Source of the DNA: Phoronis australis | Taxonomy: Eukaryota > Animalia > Phoronida | Assembly: GCA_002633005.1 (NCBI GenBank) | Contig: NMRA01000174.1 | Location: forward strand, 465,790-529,789 | DNA: 64,000 nucleotides | Direction of reading: 5' to 3' | In this document: positions 1-10,300 of the stretch, one piece after another | Layout: each line of letters opens with the position of its first letter | How positions within the stretch are numbered: the stretch's first letter is position 1 | The notes under the pieces: model-generated | Told to the model about the DNA's origin: nothing | The model's database searches: none | What the model saw: the letters and a program-made list of their open reading frames with translations, nothing else | Translations under genes and position numbers: made by a program

Positions 1-1324
1 AGGGTTTCAATTCATTGACGGCTCTACCTGGCGCTTGATGAAGTGCGACGGATACGCCGAATGGTCCCCTTCTTCAATGCCTTCTTGTACAGGTATATTG
101 CATTTTGTCCTCGGGATATATGAGGAACATAAATTAATGCTACCGAATCCAGTCAAGTAATTCTTTAGTATATGTGGCATGTCGAGCAATAGGAGTTTAC
201 TGAATTACACTATCGATGGGGATTGTCTCGATATTGGAAAGGGCGTAGAACCAACAACGGAAGTTACGACATCAATATCAATGCAATAAAATCATGTTTC
301 ACAAGTGCATCTGCATCAGAGGTTAAACGTTGGGAAGTTTTCCAAGTGCTGGAGACCATTAAGAGTACGAGTTGTTCAAAGCATGCCTAAGTTTTGCTAT
401 TCTCTTAATTGCGGAGTTATTCTAGACATTTTGAACGCGTACATCAGTATGTAAAAGAGAATGAAATCTCGAGATAGCCAGTGATTGCGCAGATTTCATA
501 ATCATTGTTCACTATAATCTATCCTGTTTTCCAAAGCTTCATACGGTGTGTATCTAATAGGACAGTCCAAAATGGTGGGAGACGGGCTTACAATTTCATT
601 AAGGCAGTCTTAATAATACTTGAATTTTTTGGCGTACAATCAAATACTAATTTCGGTGAACGGTAACGAGTTTCCAGTCTGTTTCCTCTTTATTGGAAAA
701 CTCGTGCATTTGGTGGTTGGGTAGGTATTTGAACAAACGCCGAGAGACAGCAGCAATATACGGTCTTGTTTTTCAGACGCTCCATACGTCATCAACCTCG
801 CCGGTGACCATAGCCCGCAAGAAGCAGAAGCAGCTCTTAGTATCGGTGCAGTAGTTCTGATTTGCGTCGGCGTATTCTTCGCGGGCATTTTCATTTTTGA
901 TATGGCAACAATGGGAATGCACCTCACTAGAATACGTTACAATCTCTTTGGTGGAGAACCCCCCAGTTTTCACTACATCTCAGGCAACAAGAAAATGAAA
1001 CAGAGCGGAAGAAATGAGAAAAAGAATCGAAACAAAAATGAAAAGAAAATGCCAGTAGAAGTTCCGCGGGAAACGCTGCAGGTGGAAACGCCGAAGCAAC
1101 CCGAACCCTCCCCTCAGTTAAAGAAATACGAGATCACCGACATCGCAGAAGAGGACATGGACGAGCTACAGCAACAGTTGGACAAAGAAATGGAGGAACT
1201 TGGTGACCTCGGAGACATGAGCGACCTTGACCTCGACGGCGACCTCGGATCAGATCTGGAAGCTGACATGGAAGCTTTTGGTATAACAGGGGAGGAAGAC
1301 GGAATTCCCAAAACAGAGTTATAA
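1..1324 (+). CDS. 3' end of a sushi/CCP-domain single-pass membrane protein with an acidic cytoplasmic tail (partial; last two exons <1-92 and 777-1324)
   Basis: The frame starting at nt 2 reads GFQFIDGSTWRLMKCDGYAEWSPSSMPSCT, like the end of a CCP/sushi domain (G..C..W..P.C). Donor ACAG|GTATAT at 92/93 is phase 1 and matches acceptor TTTTCAG| at 776/777. The last exon reads DAPYVINLAGDHSPQEAEAALSIGAVVLICVGVFFAGIFIFD (TM helix), in frame with ORF 902-1324, and ends KTEL*. AATAAA overlaps the stop. Confidence 0.8.
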
Positions 1325-2420
1325 TAAAGTCGTCCAAGTGAAGTATTATATTTTTCAAATGAATTTTACTTTTACCTCGTCAACGCCAGGACTTGTCGGA
1401 GAGCCAGTGTGTGGCGAGATATAAAAAGTATAAACAAGAGTGTCAGTGATTAGCTTGGCGAGTGTACCGATCAGTAAGAAGAAAATGCGAGTATTGATAT
1501 GTCGGTATTAAACAAGCTACAGCATGTACCACTATTGGCATTGGATCAGTTTCGTACTGTTCTGTTAATACAGTAACAGGCAAAGATAAAAGACGGGAAA
1601 TTCTATCAACTCAGGAAACGAAAATACAAACACAAATTGTGTTATGATGTTAGACTGATGCCACATTTATGTTCCCAACGTTTATTTTTGACAATGGACA
1701 ATTTCAGATCATTCAATGCTTGTACTTTTTTATATTACACGGTGTTACACGTTGAGTAATTCGCAACTCAACCAAATCACTTGAATTCGCATTCAGGTAA
1801 TTTCCAGTGACATCCAACATTCAGCGGTTTTACTTCATTCCTGGCGCTAACATTAGACTTCACAATGAGTGCTGCAGTGGTTTTCAGCAGTTGAAATCGT
1901 GATCTCAGCTGTAGCCTACTGAGTCATAGGTGTCGAGACCGTTTCATTCAAGAGTCGACTCACCTATATCTAACAACAACATGTCGTGGAAATCGACCCC
2001 ATGTCGTGCAACTGTTCACAAATATAAATCGCCAGAGGAATAATTTACGAAGAAGAGAAAAAAATCTAGTTATCAAAAGCAGTATAGACTGTTGACATTG
2101 CTTTTGATGAAAGTCATTACAAGATAGAAGTCAAGCTTTTTTTCGTCTGAAATTACTGCGTCTGGTTACATATAGAAGCAATCTGGCCTGATCTTAGAAA
2201 GATCTAATGTTGCCTTAGGAAGTAAATGCAAGCGTACAGAGATAACGTTACATTTACTACGAGCCCAAATGAAGTGCATATGTTTTTGATGTAGACACTA
2301 AATAAACGTTCAGTGTTTCACATTTTCTTAATTTAATGAAAAGCCAAATATGAAGTTTTACACCACACCAGCATTAACCACGGTGGCTTGGAAAAGATTA
2401 GAATTTATTTTTTCTTCACT

Positions 2421-2486
2421 CGAGCGCCCGATTTACAACTCGAGCGCCCGACTTCGAAGTCGAGTTCCGGACTTACAACTCGCGGC
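2421..2486. repeat. Short tandem repeat, ~20-bp unit x3
   Basis: CGAGCGCCCGATTTACAACT / CGAGCGCCCGACTTCGAAGT / CGAGTTCCGGACTTACAACT read directly. Confidence 0.7.
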
Positions 2487-2658
2487 ACCACAACCTTTTT
2501 ATGTCCATGAAGCGCTAATTAAGTCATACCAAAATAACAAATTTCAAACTGGAATAAATCGAGTTAGCTGCAGACAATCTTCCGTTGAAGCAATTTACAA
2601 CCTCCATTTGATTCACAGAGTTACCACGTGTTACCAAGGACGCTATTACCCCATAGTT

Positions 2659-2693
2659 AAAAATAAAACAAAACAAAACAAAACAAAACAAAG
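2659..2693. repeat. (AAAAC)n microsatellite
   Basis: Read directly. Confidence 0.85.
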
Positions 2694-3148
2694 GATTTCA
2701 CACAGCAAAACCCAGCCTAAAACTGTAGTTTTCAAAGAAGCTTCCACAAAAATCCCATGGTGGTATGAGTGAAGAACCTGTTACTTTGCGTATTTTGAGA
2801 ACTGGCTACAAGGGCTTCTTAGGCGAGCCAACTGCACATGAAGGTTGAATGAAATTTTACAACGAAACACAAACACCTATCATCGATATATATTTTAGCC
2901 TACAGTATATAACCAAAACATAAAGTTACCTCGAATCAAATGTACGTCCCTCCTGAATTATTACTGTTTACCTAACTATCGCGTTACTTCTATATTGAAT
3001 GTGGAAGTTCCTGCTGGGTGCCATTGCATCGCAATCTTTTGCAAAAATTTAATTAATTTATTTTGAGGACAAGTAACCAATAAATACAAGAACGAGTGTT
3101 ATAGGATATTATATTTACCAACTAGTTCAGAAAATTAATAAGTTCCGT

Positions 3149-3249
3149 TATAAAACTCATCTCCAAACAAGTACTGTAAATCTGGCAAGAAGTCCAGTTA
3201 TCATTTTGACAACAGGACGAAGGAACGCAGTCCAAGTTTACTCAGAGAG
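3149..3249 (+). promoter_or_regulatory. Putative TATA box and non-coding first exon of the secreted-peptide gene
   Basis: TTATAAAA at 3149-3156; strong donor GAGAG|GTAAGA at 3249/3250; the next acceptor I can assign lies immediately before the ATG at 4036. The TSS (~3180) is inferred. Confidence 0.5.
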
Positions 3250-4035
3250 GTAAGAGAAACAAACTAAAAATAAGTGAAAGCTTGATTTTTTGCCGCTGTT
3301 TCCTTCTAGTTAAAAATCTATCAGCAGTTATTCGCAAATGCTTCTCGCGGATTTCCCGGGCGATTTTTTTGCTGATGGTAATCGAGATGACGACATGAAC
3401 AAAAGGCAACAACTACTATGGTATGGTTTTAATTAGAAATTAAAATGAACACTGACACGATTACTTTAAATGCACACTACTGTACAGAGAGTATATCATG
3501 TTTTATTTCTGCTATTAATGGGCTGGCGTAGTTGCTCGTGGAGCTAGTCGCTTATTTTGAGAAATAATCCTAGTGAAGAAACACGGGAGATTTGGCATTT
3601 TTTGTGGAAAAAAAATTTCCGTTGTCAGTACCTTGAATCTTCAAAAACCTCTGCCAGAAACGTCACGTTGCCTGCTTTCTAAATGTTAAATCATTTCCAG
3701 TGAGTATCAAGCTGTCATATTTATTAACAAGATATAAATTAGGTTGATTCATCAAACAGTAGAGGTTCCTAAACGTACATATATATACCCAGCAATCTTA
3801 CGTCACGAGAAAATGCGGAGTCCTGTAAAATTTCCAGATACTCTTAAGTTTGCACTCAATTTGTTTTCTTTACGATGCCACAAACCAATCAATCGATTGT
3901 TCTTGGCCACCATCCTTCTGTGCAAAGTTGCACAAATTACCAAGTGCCACCGATATTCATTTTGAAAAAGGCCTATATCAACTCTGAACTCACATACGTG
4001 GTGAGCATACTTGAACAAACTTGTTAATTCCTCAG

Positions 4036-5966
4036 ATGAAGTCTTCATTGATGAAGTGGCTTGCCATTGCGGTGGTAGCTGTAACAAGCGTGAATTCGCA
4101 ACCAATAAAAGAGTTGGAATCAGGTAAGCCTCATATCACACAGTAAAATTTAAGAGGGCCTTTGTGCAGTTTTTTTGACGATGCCCGGTTCGTTGAAAGT
4201 GTTAATTGCCTGGGGTTTCTAGAGAACCTCTACCCCTTCATTTGGGTACTCAAGTCACCAATTATGCATCAGTCATACGCTATAAGGTAATTGACGAAAT
4301 GTGCATGAAAGCATTCTCCTGACTGTTCTTTGACAACCGGCAAGTCAATACCACCAATTAACCAAAATTTCAAAATTGGGAGATTTCCTACGTTTGTTTG
4401 GCCTAAACTATAAGCGGCCTGCGCTGCTGGCAACCCAATCACGTAACCTGCGGATTTATTCGATTAAAAAACAATGTTTTCTCTTCCCCTCCTCTCTTTA
4501 CATGGTACCCAACTTTCACATGCAATAAAATAAAAAATTGCATTGCGCAGACTATTGTTTACCATGGAAACTTGTGATTTGAGGAGAGATTTGACGGAGT
4601 CAGTCGGTTTCTGTACTTCTGATTTTTGTTTGTTTGCTTAAAACCAGACTACAACCATGGTAACACAAGTAAATTTAGTTCCTACAATATGTTAAAAGCA
4701 TCACCGGCTCTAACCACACTGCAGTGATAATTAACTTGTCAAATGTGATAGACAACCTGCGTTGTTACCTGACATACGTCTACGTCATCGCCAGAAACCT
4801 CATTACACTGAGCTACGAACAACACCTGTTCACATTGGTGTTCTATTCAATATACTCTGGTAACTGCAGTAGGTACACACTTCTACCGCAAAAACGGGCG
4901 CACATTTAAACTACTGGTACTGGCGGTTCTTTGTTGGCCCGTTCTCTCGAAAAAGCTGCTTCACGTACCATTAGGCTGACGTGCCAGTGTTTTTTCTTGT
5001 ATTGCTAAAGTACTGCTGGGACGATCTGGATGGTTCAATAAATCTAGAATAATAAAAGTCGCTTTAAAGAAATCGCCTGAATCAATCTTTTGTGGGTGCT
5101 TTAGTGTATGCTTGGGCATCTTAATTGTTTTTGAAAGATCTCTGGCAGATCGAAAATTCCGTTCCCCTGTCTCCGCGCCAACACAACTAATGTCTGGAAT
5201 AGAAAGTAACTAGACTCTGTTTCGATTATTTATCTCAAAACTTATCCTAGTGTGCAACTGTACAGCTACAATTTACTTCTTCCATTCAGCGAAAACACTG
5301 GATGACGTGGGTTGAGGTGGGGGTCTTTCCCAGTTTTCAAAACTCCTTACAAATATTGAAGGACTTATAGGGTTGCAGAAAATGACCGTTTCAAAGATGT
5401 AAGCGACCTAATCCTTTTGTTAACGTTTGCAAGGTAAAACCAGGTTTAGTATCCTGTCGATTACCGATGGTGAGTGTCGTGTTATTACGGTAAATTTTCA
5501 CCTATTTAGCACATAACATGACCAAATTTCTATACAACAATCAAGATTAAGAAAGTTTTAATCTTATTACTAGCATGGTTTGCACTGTGTAGATGTCACA
5601 AAACAGCATATAGAAAAAAAGTTTCTCATCGCTTGCAAAGAGGTGATCTGCCTTTGAAAATTTGAAAGTGACATTTTTGGCAATAACTTTTTAGCGAAAT
5701 AAGTGGAGAATTACCGTAACATAGTTGGAAAGCTAAATTAAAGGAGTGAAGGGCGAACATTTTCAGGAACACAGAATGTCGAAGAAACTGAAGACCTGCC
5801 AGGGTTGAATAAAGGAGAATATGTGCCTTTGATTGGAAAGGTCTTGGAGCCAGAGAATGTCCCTATTCAACATGTTGTAATGAAAAAAGAGGGGCAACAA
5901 AAGCCATTTGTACAAGGAATCATACCACCATACGCAGAGCTTTGTATTGCCTATGGCATATGTTAA
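4036..5966 (+). CDS. Small secreted peptide precursor (95 aa, or 107 aa with the optional 36-nt exon); exons 4036-4123, [5434-5469], 5767-5966
   Basis: Acceptor TTCCTCAG|ATG. The first coding exon reads MKSSLMKWLAIAVVAVTSVNSQPIKELES (signal-peptide pattern) with donor CAG|GTAAGC (phase 1). A symmetric phase-1 micro-exon reads GKTRFSILSITD (donor G|GTGAGT). After TTTTCAG| the last exon reads GTQNVEETEDLPGLNKGEYVPLIGKVLEPENVPIQHVVMKKEGQQKPFVQGIIPPYAELCIAYGIC*. ATTAAA at 6041 and AATAAA at 6086. Confidence 0.72.
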
Positions 5967-7374
5967 CAGGCTAAAGAAGTGAAAAAAATCATAGACGTAA
6001 TGGCAATTACCAAGAATGACTGTTAACTGAGTGTATATTTATTAAATACATGACAGCTATGACAAACACTAAAGGATGTTATGAAATAAATGAAGCATTC
6101 TAAATAGAGAGATTATAAATACAGTAACTGCTCTACAGTTTCGCAAACTCTACTCAATTTGCACACCAAAAATATTCAACATTCGCACATGACGAAGGCG
6201 TTTATCTTTTGAAAAAATTATTTAATTGTGAGAGAAATTGTAGAGCCGTTAGGTAGTAAAAATCTTTGCTGTTATGAAAATTATTAGAAATGCCTGAAAA
6301 GTGAGTCTACATTATTTAATTAAATACTTGACATAATGTAATTCATGTGCCGTTAAAACAACTTAAAATATTCAGGACTGTTGTATAATAAAGGAACTAA
6401 ATAAGTATTTTTAAGATTGACTGACTGACGTCTTTGTCATTATATCAAACATGTATGAAAAAATAATAAAAGAATTAAAGTGATGCATTGAGTTTTAAGA
6501 CAACCTCTAAAATAAAGTACATTGAAAATAAGATATAAGGACATGTAAAAGATTGGAGCACTGCATCAAAGCTTTTTCTCCAGCTGAAGCCATTTGATAA
6601 ATTCGAGGGACATTCATTTCGGTCAACCTCACCAGCTAAAGTGAAAATTGTAAACCTGGTTACTCAGCCAGACAAAATGTACATCAAAGCTTCCCATACA
6701 ATGACAGGAAATGATTTCCATCCCCAAGCAGATCATCAAGGGCACCCACAAGTGAAAGCAAACATTAATTTTAATGTGGTAGCCAACCCTTCCATTTGGT
6801 TCACATCGATTGCCAGCGAAGTCCCAGTTCTTTTTCATAGCAGAAATCAATTGCTGGTATGAGAAGGAAACTTTTGAACCAGTTTGTTAATGCGCTTAGT
6901 CCATCATTTTCATTTTTAAGACAAGAATATGGGGGTGCTGGACACAGACATTAAAATGCTGTAACGTCATTGCCATCAGCTTGTTTTCTCCATTCAACAA
7001 TTGTATCATTATAGGCTAAGCTCAACAATATCAGTTCAGTTTCTGTCTGAGGATGACATGAATTTGCACCAGAGTTTGCTCAAATGATCTTTAATCAGTT
7101 GAATCAAAGTCACTTTGCACAAGTTTTCATGGAAACCAGAATATCAACTTCACATGGCTACAGGACATCGTATACCAAATGAGTTCCCACAGCTTATCCA
7201 CTTATATTCATGCACTCATAGTGACAAAACGTGCATGAGTTTGGCCACGGTATCTTTGGTTAGTTCACTTAGGTTCAGTTTGCAATGATCTTCATCAGTC
7301 CATGGTGTATATTCTCTTTGAACAAATCTCCACAGAGTGTTTGTACAAAATCAATGTTGTCACAGCTCATCCCT

Positions 7375-10300
7375 CTACAATTCTGTGTCTTTGATATTTG
7401 ATGACGAGAATGTGCGCCTGAGCTTAGCCACGGGACCTTTAGCCTGTTGTACCAACTTCACCTTGGACGGATCACCATGAGATATCTGGAGCAGTATGTC
7501 GACACTGTTCTCCAGGCTTACCCATTTAGTTACTTCAAACTGATCTGAAAAGGTACAAACATGGATATATACATCACATCAAAACCTCAAAATAATTTGC
7601 ATAATTATATTTCGCTGTGCTTAAATGACTAGGAATGAAAATTGAATTGGAGCTTTTACTCTCAATACATTGGTATCCTAATATTCTTTACTGTTATACG
7701 TTTCTATTTCCATTACCACCGACAACATTGAACACATTAGGGTCTCAAGAAAACGCTATGGAGTTTATTGGGGTTGGCCAATCCAAAAATTGCAGATTCA
7801 AAAATGGTGCATGTACACATTGCCTGACTTGAGTTGCCGGCTCTTTTGGCAACAATTCAAGACTGGATGAGCGTGGTAATGGTTTTAAATCCCAAAGCGC
7901 TTCCTAAACAGGGGCAAAATGTACATATTTTTGCATCACCTTAAATCAATGTATTGGATTGCTTTAACCTAAACAAGGGGTACAATTACATGATTTTCAA
8001 GAGTGTGCAAAATATGACTGATAAGTTGTAATTAATAAACACAATTTGAATTGAACGGGACTTGATTGTCCTTTCTTTCAAAAGCCTTTCTGACATTAGT
8101 TAAAGCAATATGGATCCTATAAACCCTAAGTATTAATATTCACAACGGAAAATCACTGTCAATATGCTAAGGTGAAATCACTGTATGGGATTCAAAACTT
8201 TGCAATATGACAGCAGTTGATAGAAAATGTAGCTTTAAAAGAATATAAGACAAAAATTGTTTAAATTCTGAATTAAAAATATGTTATTGGTAAAAACATG
8301 ACACCACATTACCTTGAATCAAATACTTTAGAGTGAGTCCTTTCGAGGCAATGTATTCTTTATACGTATTCTTGACGTCAAAAATCATCAAAGCATCCAT
8401 TGAAACACCAGACCCTGTATCAACCTATGATATCAATTAGATGACAATCAACACTGAAACAAGCACCCAACACTCAATCCATAATAAGTGACTGACAAAT
8501 GGACAAATTTCAAAATTCCAGTAAAAATAAAATAAAATAAAATAAAATAAAAATTGTATGTGTATGAAAGTGTTTTCTTTTCTAACTGAGACAAGTTACA
8601 AAACTTGAAAGTTTCCTACATCATCTAAGAACTCAGAAACAACAGAAACAGTTATTGCACACAACATGGCGCTGAAGTAAACATTTATTTTGTCAAATTT
8701 CTCAATAAGAACAAAGATTAATAAAATTTCCCTTTATCATTAGCTTAAAATGCAATATGGCAAACTTCCTAAAATTTGCAACAAGGCAAATACAGCCTAT
8801 GAAAAATCCAAAAATAACACAATGTTCACAATTATTCCTGTGCCAAATCAGCGAAGAGCTACCACAGTTTATATAGTTGCAACAGTTGAAATCATCATCT
8901 TAAGAAGAAGTTAATGCCAAGCACACAATTGTGTCAAAAGACTTCTTGGTCTTGGGGTACGTTCATGAAAAGTGACTGAAGTCTTAAGTCAAATCTTTGG
9001 TCAGGCACTGCCACTTCAAAATTACCGAATAAAGGTTTTACCATGTAATCATTATCACAATCTAGAAATAATTCATACAAATTATCTCAGTAACTAATAG
9101 TTATGTGTAACTTTTCGGAAACTTAGTACTTTTACTAATTAAAAGAGATCTTTAATGATTTTTCACGAACAGTTGAGTGGAGCGAAAGACCAAATTTCTG
9201 ATTTAAAGTCTTGAGGTCCAAGACCACAGTTCGGGCCCTAAACATGAAGAAAATGGGGTGGGTGAGGTTTGACAGCAATTTTATGGAGTAAATGGGAAGT
9301 GATTGTCATGAATGGTATTAAGTACTTCCTTGAAGTTGTTTCGAGTGATTGGAGTCCAGAAATTTGGCCACTGCTTGTGTCTGCCCAGATACAGACATCC
9401 CATCCTCTTCAAAGCACATCCTTGTTCAGTATTGAATTTTTGGTACGAATCCAGGCACCCTTCAGACAATTGGAAAGTGTCAAAAATCTGGCTAGTAATG
9501 ACTTTTTTTAACCTCAATTTCTGGAATCTAGAGTGCATGAGCATTAGAATTCTTGCTTCCTCTCTTGCACTGGGGCAGTTGTGAATTTGTGATTTTGAGA
9601 AGAAAAAAGCGAAAATTGTAATTCGTTAGTCAATTTTTGGCATCTCATTTTTTGTCTGATAGATGAAGCAAGGCAACAGGACATGGCTTTGTTGAATTTC
9701 TTCATCATTAAGACACCCCATGGCATGTACTTTTTATCAGTTATACCTTTTTTCAGGTGTCTTGAGACAGGGTGCAATTAAACAAGGGTTTTCATTGACC
9801 CTGACCACTGATAACGTTAAAATCAGCCACTCGAACTGTGGTCTGAGTCAGTTTTTGTGAAGCGTAACCCCTGATGACTGTGCTGTGCTCCTTACCACAA
9901 AACTCTTGTTGAAGTCACAGACTGTTTCCGGTTTCATTCTCGAAGACTTTCCAAGAACTTTTCCTTGAGACAGTTTTTGAATTCTTTGTTCAGCAGGACG
10001 ACTGCAGAAGGTAACCATGCATAAAGTTACAAGAAGCATCTTGAAGTCATTAAAAACTTGCACTTTCCAAAGAGGAAATTTATCTGGTAAAATTTACCAC
10101 AAAAACTTGATGCACAGATGAGTGATGCTTCACGTGTAATAACATGACAACAATGTCATTGCTTTAAAAAAAATTGTATCTCACTGAAAACACTAACTGG
10201 CCTACCTGTCCAGTGGGGGTCTGTTGTAAGTAATCTGACAATTTACACACACCTAGAGAATGCACATAACCTGATTACAAAAAGGAACAAACACTCACCT

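Noticed and set aside
1310-1324. KTEL as a KDEL-type ER-retrieval signal
   Set aside because: The spliced model places a TM helix upstream with the sushi domain outside, so the C-terminus is cytosolic, where KDEL receptors cannot act.
2421-2486. Short repeats as a CRISPR-like array
   Set aside because: Units are adjacent with no unique spacers; eukaryotic context; no cas genes.
2350-2772. 140-aa ORF
   Set aside because: Runs through a 20-bp tandem repeat and (AAAAC)n; no protein-like motif or splice support.
5935-5966. Resemblance of ELCIAYGIC to guanylin/uroguanylin or somatostatin/allatostatin-C
   Set aside because: Only two Cys (guanylins have four), and the C-x5-C spacing and residues differ from allatostatin-C. 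Too short to claim homology.
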